Positions 12,401 to 24,000 of a stretch of DNA of 64,000 nt are shown here, piece by piece (position 1 is the stretch's first letter; each line of letters opens with the position of its first letter). The stretch covers positions 88,476,001 to 88,540,000 of the forward strand of contig NC_086108.1 of assembly GCF_963921235.1 (NCBI RefSeq). The letters run 5' to 3'. Under the pieces are notes generated by a model. That model made no database searches and was not told the DNA's origin. It saw only the letters and a list, made by a program, of their open reading frames with translations. A program made the translations under genes and the position numbers. The stretch is from Mobula hypostoma (lineage: Eukaryota).

Positions 12401-12790
12401 TAAGAAAGGTGGTGTTGTATTGGAGAGGTTTCAAAGGAGGTCCATGAAAATGATTCCAAGATTGAAAGGCTTCCTATAATGAGGGAGTCTAGGATCACAG
12501 GGCAAACCCCCAGAATACAAAGATGTCCCTTTAGAACCAGATAGGAAGAGGAATTTTCTTTGCCAGAGTGTGGTGAATTTGTGGAATTCATTGCCACAGG
12601 CAGCTATGGATGACAGGTCATTGGGTGTATTTAAGGTGGAGGTTGATAGGTTCTTGATTCATGAGGACATGCGAGGTTACAGGGAGAAGGCAGGAGAATG
12701 GGGTTGAGGGGTAAATGGATCAGCCATGCTGAAATGTGGAGAGGACTCAATGGACCAAATGACCCAGTTCTGCTCCCATGTCTAATGGTC
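9490..12790 (+). mobile_element. Degenerate CR1 (EN-RT-3' UTR with internal deletions), split by an antisense CR1
   Basis: GSSDHNVIVF endonuclease motif and RT remnants; sequence stops at about 10894 and resumes at about 12276. Confidence 0.75.
10895..12275 (-). mobile_element. Younger CR1 3' part nested in the older CR1
   Basis: ORFs 11068-11634, 11697-11900 (SGVPQGSVLGP, KFAD) and 11904-12101 (VVYLDLQKVFDKVPH). Confidence 0.9.
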
Positions 12791-12884
12791 GTAACTCCAT
12801 ACACTTATCACTATTACATATTCATGACCGACTTTCATCCATCAGATTTTAGAGCACATTTGCATTGTGTGCCGTTCCGTTTGC

Positions 12885-13310
12885 CATGATACAAGAATGG
12901 AGGCCTTGGACAGGCCTGAATTTCAGAATATTAATTACAAGGAAAGGTTGGACAATCTTGAATTGATATCCTCTGGACTGGAACTGAAGGACAACCTGAG
13001 AAGTCTATAAAGTTATGAGAGACATAGGCATGGTAGATAGTCTTTTTCCCCCAAAATTGAAATGTCAAATAGTAGAAGGTATGGTTTTAAGATTTGGGGG
13101 GGGGGGGTAGGGTGAGAAGAGGAATAATTTACAAGGCAATTTAAAAAGTTACAGAATACACAGCTAGGACAGTGGTGGAAGTATATGCAAAAAGAACATT
13201 AAAAAGGCATTTAGACAGACACATGAACAGATAGGGAATGGAAATTGGAATATGTGCAAGTTTACAGCATATACCCAGCTTTATAACATCATGGTTTGTG
13301 CAAAATGTCA
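12885..13310 (+). mobile_element. Highly degenerate CR1 3' fragment
   Basis: Remnants such as aaaggttggacaatcttg, tataaagttatgaga, aaaaggcatttagacag. Confidence 0.55.
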
Positions 13311-13761
13311 TTGCATTATATTTTACCCAATTTTATAAATTGAGGAGACAAGTGGATATTTGGACCATAATATTACCTGGTTTCTAAGCCAGTTTTCTTT
13401 TGAAAAAAATAAAGACACTTGCTAGTCCATGAAGAGAAAAAAATTGTTGCTTAGGATATATACAATCTATATTTACTGTATCACTATTTTGTACACAAAC
13501 CTCAGTCAAACCAGAATTTCCCCATAGGAATATTTATTCTAAACTCCCTCCACACTAATTTCCTGTTGTGTTGAAGCACACTCCTCTGTATTATTTCACC
13601 TTGCCATTGTAATCCCCATGCTTAAAAATCTCCCCCTTAGTGCGCTCTGCTTCTTGTTACTAATCTTTCGCCTAATCAGTTTTGGTTAAAATGGAGACAT
13701 CTGAACACGAGACATCCTGGGACATGAAGAATATTAAAAAATGAAAAAAAAGAGAATAATT

Positions 13762-13790
13762 TTTATTGCTAAAAATCTTAAATGTTTATT
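13762..13790 (-). terminator. Candidate polyadenylation signals of the FRRS1-like gene
   Basis: Two minus-strand AATAAA (13785-13790, 13762-13767) about 870 nt after the stop codon, followed by U-rich sequence. Confidence 0.55.
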
Positions 13791-14657
13791 TTGTACAATA
13801 CAATAGCAAGATAATTATCAGATACAAGGCTTAATTTCAGGCATAGTAGTCTACATCACAGGCTCTTTGATCCAAAATATGCACGATCTAGTTAATTGCT
13901 TCTGAAAGTCAACATTGTGTGGAGCTTCCGTAATTAATATCAAAAGTAATGATGCAGATGAACTGTCACTTTGAAATTACATTGTAATCCATCCACCCTG
14001 AGCAACAAGAGAGTGATATTGCTCAACTGCAGAGCTGAAGGGACTTTGTTCTAGTGTTCAAAGTCAAGGCCAAGACACCCATGTTTACAAATCATTGAAT
14101 CATTTAGTCCAGGAAGCCATTAGGCAAAGGGTGAAGGAAAATTAACAATTAAACCACAGTAGATGCTTTGGATGTAAATTAGTACTCTGAATCACTTCAC
14201 AATTGTTTTAGCTTCAATGAGCAACATCTTTCATCTAGGGCCAAGGCTTCACAACTACGAATTTAAGACAGTCATACTATTTCAGTTTGCTTTAGGAGCT
14301 TACATCGGTTCCTCCCATGACATCATCACCATCCTGTTGAGTATATTAAGAGTTAAAAACAAAAAGCATATAATAATTACTTACAATTCTTTGTAAGACA
14401 TTCTGATATACAAATTCATGGGTGTGATAATTAAATGCCTTCTTGATCTTCAAAAAGGTGGGATTCATTAGCTCACTGTAGAATCTTGACAGGCTAATAA
14501 TCATCTTTCTGCAACCATAAACAATCGTAAAAACCAGGATCAGACTTTTCAAATTGGCTCAAGTGTTTAGTTGGGGTATGACTCATGTTGAAGTCTTCAT
14601 GATACCAAGCCAGTGACCAGTAAGGATCCGTAACTGTCTTCATTGCAAAATGAAATG

Positions 14658-14747
14658 TTATGTTTGGCCAATTCCCACAAGGACTGCTATCAGAAATGCC
14701 AAGTTTCCACACAGGTACACCATAAATACGAGTAAGAAGGGCTTCGC
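14658..14747 (-). CDS. FRRS1: FRRS1-like terminal exon (last TM helix)
   Basis: ttttcacag|GCG...TAA = AKPFLLVFMVYLCGNLAFLIAVLVGIGQT*, similar to the recalled FRRS1 C-terminus IYVCGNVTFLIIFL. Confidence 0.88.
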   Translation of the reverse strand, partial: AKPFLLVFMVYLCGNLAFLIAVLVGIGQT

Positions 14748-15427
14748 CTGTGAAAACAAAACAAAACACTTAATCCTTCTGAAAACATATAGTTAGCAAT
14801 GTTGCTCAAATTAGGAATTGGTAAGCATTCTCAGAAATTATTGTCCAATCAAAGTTTTCAAAGGCTTCCAATTGCTCTTATGGCTTAGTTGGAGAATTGT
14901 ATTATTATGCAGATAAAAAAGCCCCACGTTTAAAGCTCTATCAATTGATCACAATTTAGACAAGTATTATAACATCAACAAAGTGGCATCAGCATTTTCA
15001 CACTGGAAGGGAGCAAAACTGGAGAAAGTTTCAAACACTTGATCATCATCCTAGAGACCTCCAAAGAATGTGTGTTTGTAAACATGGCGAGGAATTTGGT
15101 GATGATCAGAATTTTCCCCAATTCTGATTAAAGGACTGAGAAGAGGAGAATTCTTTTAGGACGCATTATCATATTTTGGTTATAGGAGACTGTTCAAACT
15201 GTGCAAGCTCCACAAAGGAGGAAAGTAATGGTTCAAGTCGCCTTCCACTTCAAGTGCTGCAAGTTATCTTTCAGATGTTGATCCAACTTCCCACAAAATG
15301 TTATAGATGGATTTTACCCCATGACTACACTGACTGTGAAAATAGTTTAAAAACAAAAAAGTTCTTCAGATTTCCTTACAACCTCCTGTAATCCAACTAT
15401 AAAAATCCCAGCTAAATCTCATCTAAA

Positions 15428-16348
15428 AGGGTGGGTTAGTAAGATTGCTGATGGCACAAAGGTTGGGGGTGTTGTGGATAGTCTGGAGGGCTGTCAGAGG
15501 TTACAGTGGGACATCTGTATTATGCAGAACTGGGTTGAGAACTGGCAGATGGACTTCAACCCAGATAAGTGTGATGTGGTTCATTTTAGTAGGTCAAATT
15601 TGATGACAGAATTAGTATTAATGATAAGACTGTTTGCAGTGTGGAGGATCAGAGGGATCTTGGAATCTGAGTCCATAGGACACTCAAAGCTACTGCGCAG
15701 GTTGATTCTGCATTAAGGCGGCATATGATGTATTGGTCTTCATCAACCGTGGGATTCAGTTTAAGAGCCGTGAGATAATGTTACAGCTATACAAGACCTT
15801 GGTCAGACCCCACCTGGAGTACTGTGTTCAGTCCTGGTCATCTCACTACAGGAAGAATGTGGATACTATAGACAGTGCAGACGAAATTTACAAGGAGGTT
15901 GCCTGGATTGGAGGGCGTACCTTATGAGAATAGGTTGAGTGTACTTGGCCTTTTCTTCTTGGAGTGACAGAGGATGAGAGGTGACATGATAGAGGTGTAC
16001 AAGATGAGAAGCATTGATCATGTTGATAGTCAGAGACTTTTTCCCAGGGCTGAAATGGCCAACATGAGTTGGCATAGTTTTTTTTTTAAGAAAGGTGCTT
16101 AGAAGTAGGTACAAGGGAGATGTCAGAGGCATGTTCTTACACAGACTGTGGTGGGTGTGTGGAATGGACTACCGGTGACAGTGGTGGAGGCAGATACAAT
16201 AGGGCTTTTAAGAGACTCTTAGATAGGTACATGGAGCTTAGAAAAATAGAGGGCTATGCGGGAGGGCAATTCTAGGCAGTTTCTAGAGTAGGTTAGATGG
16301 TTAGCACAACATTGTGGGCCGAAGGGCCTGTAATGTGCTGTAGATCTT
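15428..16348 (+). mobile_element. CR1 3' fragment
   Basis: WQMDFNPDKCDVVHF, LYKTLVRPHLEYCVQ; 3' UTR gcacaacattgtgggccgaagggcctgt. Confidence 0.85.
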
Positions 16349-16908
16349 TACAACTCCCGCCCCCCCCGCCCCCGAAATGTGGTGCACAGAATTGGACACA
16401 ATAATCCAGAGATGGCTACACTAATGGTTTTAGAATAAGATTTGTTGTTTCCATACATGGTATGAACCCCAAGATCCCAAAATATTTTTTAAAATTTAAT
16501 AATAATACCTTCACGTGAATTTTGTATACCTACAGATCTGAACTTTTGACATTGTGTCTTTGGTTCCTTCCTCTCATCCTTACTAACATGTACACATCAA
16601 AATAAGAGTACACTCAAATACTTTGGAAATGCAACACTTTTTGCTAAAATCCTCTGTTGTACAACAAAGGACTGCTTGGCGAATTACAGTTCAAATTAAG
16701 AAAACACTTCAATCTATAGCACTTCTGATATATTGCACACAGAATGCGTCTTACAACCTTCAATTGACTTTGAACAAGTTTTAATTTGTTCATTATCTCC
16801 AAATCCAAGCATCTCTTCTGTGGATTGCTAACCTACAGTTGCCAGTTTTGAATTTTAATTTCTTACGAAATACAGCATTTACAGGCAAGTAGTTAAAAAA
16901 ATAATTAC

Positions 16909-16940
16909 CACTTTCTTCGTGTCTTTGCAACTACAAGTTG
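16909..16940 (-). CDS. FRRS1: FRRS1-like 32-nt micro-exon
   Basis: Strong acceptor ctctttctcttgttttttag, donor GTG|gtaatt; phase 1 to 0 restores the frame needed for the last exon; (A)TCSCKDTKKV. Confidence 0.72.
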
Positions 16941-17054
16941 CTAAAAAACAAGAGAAGAGAATCCAAAGTTAGTTTGCATCATTTCATCCCTCCTCCTACA
17001 ATTATTAGATTTAATAACTGAGGGAAAAGAAACAAATTCTAAACTTTGCCTTAC

Positions 17055-17192
17055 CTCCATTTCCAAAACAGAAGATCAGGTTAAACAGAATGTGGACAAG
17101 GAATTCCCATCCAACAAAACCACCCAATACCTTTACTGGCCACTTACTGGGTGCCGAATTTATTAGTAAAATACCTAGGAATAGTGTTGCCA
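17055..17192 (-). CDS. FRRS1: FRRS1-like exon (b561 TM segments)
   Basis: (V)ATLFLGILLINSAPSKWPVKVLGGFVGWEFLVHILFNLIFCFGNG; ttctag| ... G|gtaagg. Confidence 0.88.
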
Positions 17193-17956
17193 CTAGAAGA
17201 GAAAACAAGAACAAAATAAAAATAAAAGGTTATTCCATGGAAGTTGACTCAAAAACTGACAAGTCCACCCCCCAGTCACTGTCACCTTATTTCCTGTCAG
17301 TCACCTTATGTTCAGATACTTCTGCAACAAGTGTCACTTCATGTGCACACAGTCTATGTGTTTTAAGCTAATTCTATGTATACAAGGCCACAATCAACAG
17401 TTGCTTGTACTATGTTTTATAGGACATTAATGTAATTTATACATTTTTATTATTCTGCACTGAATCAGAAATAACATTCATGTTGTTCTCATTTATACTT
17501 GTGTGAAGAATGACAAACAACCTTGCAACTTTTCAACAAGCTACCGCTGAAACATCCGAAATATCCGCAAATCCGATTTGCATTTGGAATTTAAACATTG
17601 TCAGTACAAAATTTATTAGGCGAGCTCACTCCATCCACTGACATAACACCAGCAGATGTCTAGTTTACATTGTAACGCTAAGTTTTCCTTCCCCCTCAAT
17701 ATGCTGCTGAAATTAGCATAGCTGAGGAGAGTTTTATTTGCACTTACACCAAATCACTGACATCAAAAATACATGTTGAATAATTGACTCCTGTTAATGA
17801 AGGCACAAATCCATTTATCACAACCACACTAAATGAAGAGTGCATGCAAAACTGATAAAAATGAAGGGCTGAGTTTGACAACACTATTTGGAGATACTCA
17901 TTTCAATCTTTAAAATTTATGACTGTTCATACTTTGCATGTTTAGTAGTCACATAC

Positions 17957-18015
17957 CTGCAATAGGTCTGATCGCATAGGCCACTGCTGAATGAAAATAT
18001 TTGAAAATCCACCGC
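17957..18015 (-). CDS. FRRS1: FRRS1-like exon (fourth b561 heme His)
   Basis: (R)RWIFKYFHSAVAYAIRPIA; 59 nt, phase 2 to 1; ttttcag| ... G|gtatgt. Confidence 0.88.
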
Positions 18016-18389
18016 CTGAAAAAAAAGCAACAAAAACTAGAGTAATCTTACTTTTATGATAAACACTATTGGATGGAAAAGTGGAATAGACAGTTACACT
18101 TTTATTTCAGTGGACTGTGTAAATTTTGATATACCCGCCCTCGTGCCATACACTTTGTTACCCTGATCAATCATGAAACTATCAATTTTCAATTTAAATA
18201 TACCCATCGTCTCAGCCACAGCTGTTTGTAGCAGAGCATTCCACAGATTCACTACCTGTCTTGCTAAAAAAAAGTTCCTCCTTACCTCTATTCTAAAGGG
18301 TCACCCCTCAATTTTAAGACCGTGCTCTGTAGTTCTGGATACCCCAACCATAGGAAACCTGACCAGTGTCTTACGAAGCTTCAGCTTTT

Positions 18390-19172
18390 TAGAAACATAG
18401 AAAACCTACAGCACAATACAGGTTCTTCAGCCCACAATGCTGTGCTGAACATGTACTTATTTACTTAGGGGAGCAGAGAAGGTTATTGGGGTCTCCCTAC
18501 CTTCTGTCCAAGACCTCTTTCAGTCGATGCCTCTAGAAGACACGGTACATCATTAAAGACCCCTCACACCCTCTCCATGAACTGTTTGTTCTTCTGCCAT
18601 CAGGCAAACGTTACAGGAGCATCAAAACTAAAACCACAAGGCTACTAAACAGCTTCCTCCCACAGGCAGTCAGACTGCTAAATAGCTGCTCTACCTGACT
18701 CTGCTTTGGACACTTCTAACTTGCACTGGACACTTATAACTGATTTTAACTGACATGTGGCAGTTATGTTTTACTATTTATTGTTATGTTTATTATTTAG
18801 TGTTGTGTTTGTTATGTTATGATTGCACTGCTCCTGAGAAACGCTGTCTCATTCTGCCCTGCAGAGCTGATGTACGGTTAGAATGACAATAAAGTTTTTT
18901 TGAATCTTGAAATTACCTGGGCTTACCTATAGCCCTCTATTTTTCTAAGCTCTATGTACCTATTCATGAGTCTCTTAAAAGACCCCATCATATCTGCCTC
19001 CACCACTGTCGACGGCAGCCCATTCCATACACTCAACTCTGCATGAAAAACTTACCACTGACATCTCTTCTGTACCTACTTCCAAACACCTTAAAACTGT
19101 GCCCTCTCACGTTAGCCATTTCAGCCCTGGGAAAAGGCCTCTGACTATCCACACAACCATTGCCTCTCATCA
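18390..19172 (-). mobile_element. CR1 3' fragment interrupted by a plus-strand Rex1-type piece (about 18466-18911)
   Basis: CR1 tail (tagaaacatagaaaac) at left; CR1 resumes after aataaagttttttgaatcttgaa. Confidence 0.7.
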
Positions 19173-21059
19173 TCATTTTTCTCCTATTCTTATATTGTTT
19201 CCCTTGAAATAAGTGCCAACATTGAATTTGCCTTCTTTACCACAGACTCAACCTGCAAATTAACCTTTTGGGAGTCTTGCACAAGGACTCCCAAGTCCCT
19301 CGGCACCTCTAATGTTTGAACCAAACCCTCCAGTTAGATAATAGTCTGCACTTTTGTTCCTTCTACCAAAATCCATTAATGTACATTTCCCAAAGCTGTA
19401 TTCCATCTGCCACTTTTTTTGCCCATTCTTCTAATTTGTCCAAGTCCTTCTGCAACTGCATTGCTTCCTCAGCACCATCTACCCCTCCACCTATCTTCAT
19501 ATCATCTGCAAGCTTTGCCACAAAGCCACCAATTCCATTATCTGAATCATTGACGAAGAATGTGAATGGTACCAATCGCAATACTGACCCCTGAGGAACA
19601 CCACTTGTTACTGGCAGCCAACCAGAAAAGGCCGTTTTATTCCCTACCTCCTGCCTGTCAGCCATTCCTCTATCCATGCCAGTATCTCTCCTGTAATGCC
19701 ATGGGATTTTATCTTGTTAAGCAGCTTGGTGTGGCACCTTATTAAATGCATTCTAAAAATCCAAGTAAATGACATCCACTGCCTCTCCCTTGTCCACTCT
19801 GCTTGTTACTTCCTCAAAGAAGTCTAAATGATTTGTCAGGCTAGAAGTCACTTAACAGAAATCATGCTGACTGACTTATTTTATCATTAGTCTCAAGATA
19901 AATAATGATAATTTATTATCCAAGGACCTCAAAACATCATCCTCAATAATGGACTCCAACAATTCCCAACCACTGAGGTTAGGCTAACTGGCCTATCATT
20001 TCCTTTCTTTTGCTTTCCTCCCTTCTTAAAGAGTGGAGTGATATTTGCAATTTTCCAGTCCCCCAGAAGCATGCCAGAATCAAGTGATTCTCGAAAGATC
20101 ATGACCAATGCATCTGCCATCTCCTCAGCAACATCTGCCAGAACTCTGGGGTATAGTCCATCTGGTCCATGTGGATTACCCACCTCAAGACCTTTGTTTG
20201 CCTAGCACTTTTTCCTTTACAATAGCAATGGCACTCTTGGTTCCTGACATACATGGAGCTCTGGCACACTGCTAGTGTCTTTTACAGTGAAGATTGATGC
20301 AAAATACCTATTAGCATCTGCCATTTCTTTGTCCCCCATTTATCCCTCGCCAGCATCATTTTCCAGTGATCCAATATCAACACTCACCTTCCTTTTACTC
20401 TTTATACAACTAAAAAGCTTCTGGTATCCAGCTTTATTTTATTGGTTAGTTTGCCCTCATATTTGATCTTCTTCCTTCTTATGTTTTTTTTTAAGTTGCT
20501 TTTTGTTGAATTTTTTAAAAAAAGCTTCCCAATCATCCAGCTTCCACTCACTTTTGCTACCTTATATGCCCTTTCCTTGGCTTTTATGCAGTCCTTGACT
20601 TCCCTTGTCAGACACAGTTGCCTACCCCTGCCATTTGAGAACAACTTCTGTGGGATATATCTATCCTGCGCCTTGAACTATCCCCAGAAACCTCAGCCAC
20701 CTCTGCACTACCATCATCCCTGCCAGTATCCTCTTCCAATCCACCCGGGCAAGCTCCTCTCTCATGCCCCTCCAACTCCCTTTATTCCATTACAATACTC
20801 GTACATCTTACTTGCATTTCTCCATCTCAAATTGCAGTACAAATTAAATCATATGATCACTGTCTCCTAAGGGATCCTTTACCTTAAGCTCCCTAATAAA
20901 ATCTGATTACACAACATACCCTTTCCCCAAGTAGGCTCATGCACAAGCTGCTCTAAAATGCCATCTCATAGGCATTCAACAAATTCTCCATCTTGCGAAC
21001 TGACAACAACCTGATTTTCCCAATCTCCTAGTGTACTGATGTCCAATTAAAGTTGTGAT

Positions 21060-24000
21060 GGGGGACTTCCGCATGCGGCTCAATGGAGTAATACATAAAT
21101 TTTGCGGCTGCCTTTAATTCCTCCTTTTCCCCAGTTTAAACGTTGACTTTTTAACTTTTATTTCTTGCATCTTAGAGGGAAATAGTTGTCATTATGTCAT
21201 ATCCTTTAAGAAGTGGAAAGCAGCCTTTTGAATCCAGCAATGGAAAGGGAAAAACTTTGAAAGAAAAATCAGAAGATATGCCTGTCTGGGCTGAGCTTTG
21301 GAACGTGCGTTGATGGCTCTCGACAACAAAATAGACAATAACACTTCTGAGTTGAAGTCGTTCCAACAGAGTTTTCGGAATATTGAAGAAAATATTATTT
21401 CCTTGAATACTGAGTTTAAAAAATCGAAACGTCAGGTTGTGGATATTTCAATCCACTTGGAACAGGCTCAACATAAAATTGTCGATTTAGAGGCTAAGTC
21501 TCGTCAGAATACCATACGAAATATCAAACTCAAGGAAGGTTCTGAGAGTGGGAATTTAATGGACTATTTTGCCAATTTGTTTCAATCTTTGTTTCTGGAT
21601 ATTCTACCTCAACCTCCTGATATTGAAAGATCTCATCGAATTTCCATATCGAATTCTCAGACCTCAGGTAAATCTCGCCCTATTTTGGTCAACTTTCTGT
21701 GCTTTAAAGGCCAAATTATAAAATGTGCGAGGAAACAGTGTTTTAAAATTGAACGGTTCTGAGATCCCTTTTTACGAAGATTATCCATGGGAAATTATGG
21801 AACAGTGGATCAAATTTGCCCCAGCGATGAAAACTGCTTATGAAAAGGGACTTTTTCCATCGCTTCGCTATCCAGCAAGATTAAAATTATTTCCTAAAAA
21901 TTCTACACCTCGTTTGTTTTCGGATTCCCAAGCAGCATTGGACTTTGTTAACTCTATTGTGGAGTCGGCTGACACATGAAGGATATTTGGGTTGCTGAAT
22001 AATTTTCTGAAAGAAAACAGGCTTTGAAGACTTTTGATATGCTGAAAATTCCCTTTGACTGATGAACTATTTAAAGAAGTGGTGAACTTCTTGGTTTGAC
22101 TAATGAATGACTTTTTTGAAGTCTGTTTGGTATATGGAGTGAACTAACACAGTGGGCAGATTATTAACTGGTTTGATTATCTGCTTCTTTCTTCCTTTTC
22201 TTTTATTAAGTGATAGCTTTCATAGTTTATATAGATTCTTTCTTATATAGTGAGGAGTGTTTAGAATAGATAATTAGCTTTAGTTTTAAGCTAAAGGAAT
22301 AATGGTGTCTTTTTCTTGTTTGAGAATGTACTGCTTAGGTTTAAATAGCGTTGTTTTGACGCCTTTGGAGACTGTTTTTGCATTCCTAGTTTATTTTCAA
22401 TGATTAACTATAAACATCTTTTTTCTGTTTCTCTGCTGAGCTTTTCTTATCTTAGGGTCATGTGATTTCTTTGTAAAGGGGAGGGGGGGAAATTGGGAGA
22501 GAAACTTTTAAATCACTATTTATATTGAGCCGCATGTGGAGTTCCGCTTTTCTCTCTTTCTTTGGGAAGGCATTCCGGCTTTTTCCTTCCTTTTTGCCGG
22601 ATTTCTACCTTTTGGGATGGGGGGAGGATTTGGGGTTTTTTTGCATTTTGGGGTTTATGATAGGGTTTCTTTTTCAGGGTTTTTCCCCATTCTGGAGCTC
22701 CGGAGGATGCGTGTTTTCTATATGGTTATACTCATCATCGCCATCTTTGATTAGCCCACAATGGTATGCGTGTATTTTTGTGTTTAAAACAATATTCTAT
22801 GGTTAATAAACAGACAAATGTTATTAGTTGGAACATACGTGGCTGGAATCATCCTATTAAGTGAAAGAAGACTTTAAAAATTATTAACCGATTCCAGCCT
22901 GATATAATTTTTGTTCAAGAAACGCACATCAGAATGGGCGATCAAAATAGATATTTTTAAAACGTGGAAATATCATGCTACTTGTCAAAATAAAACAAAG
23001 GGAGTATCTATTTTTATTAAAGTTAATATTTTATTTATCCAACAAGATAGCATCTCAGATATCAATGGTAGATTTTTAATTATTAAAGGATCAATCTGTA
23101 ATAGAAAAATTGTCTTGGTTAATCTATATGGACCTAATGTAGATGATCCTTTTTTTAAAAAAATGTATTTGGTTTATTACCAGACTTAAATGAATATATG
23201 CTGCTGATGGGAGGTGACTTCAACTGTTGTTTAAACCCTTTGATTGACCAGAGTTCAACGAATCAGCAGCTTCCAAGTGATTCAGCATCACTTATTAATT
23301 CCTTTTTAATTGATTATGGTTTGATAGAAATCTGGAGAAATCTATATCCTAATGATAGAGATTATTCTTCTTATTCACATGTCCATAATTTGCGATTTTT
23401 TTCCCCAAAGTCCAGAAATGTGAATATGATGCTATTGCTGTCTCAGATGATGCACCTTTAAGCTTAATTTTTGAATTGAATGATGTTAGCAATGTAAACT
23501 TGCCTTGGCGTTTTCCAGAAAACTTATTACAAAGTTTGGATTCAGTTAAATTTATAGAGATTCAAATAAAAGATTTTTTTCTTTTTAATAATACAGAAGA
23601 TATGTGGAAATTGATTATATGGGATACATTTAAAGCGTATTTGCGAGGTCAGATAATCTCCTATTTGGCTAAGCTTAAGAAACAGACAAAAATAGAGTTA
23701 GATAGGATTTCAAAACAAATTAAAGACTTGGATTACACTTATGCAGTTTCTCCTAATATTGACTTATTTAAACAAAGGGTTGAACTTCAATCACAATATA
23801 ATTTATTATTAACTTATCCTATTGAAAGAAATTTGCTTAAATTAAAAAGTCAATTTTATGTGTTTGGAGATAAAGGTAATAAGCTACTAGCATCCCAACT
23901 AAAAGCAGTTAGAGCTAAAAGACAAATTTTAAAAATTCGTAAGGGAGATGGTAGTTTAGCTTGTAACTATGAAGATATTAATAACATTTTTCAAGACTAT

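Noticed and set aside
14462..14490. CAGTGA in the 3' UTR as an iron-responsive element
   Set aside because: The flanking five bases do not pair and there is no bulged C
14494..14769. 91-aa ORF as the terminal exon product
   Set aside because: FRRS1 similarity is in a different frame (YLCGNLAFL)
16755..16832. Possible 78-nt phase-0 cassette exon ending at gtaaga
   Set aside because: No polypyrimidine tract, only a 76-nt upstream intron, and not needed for the frame
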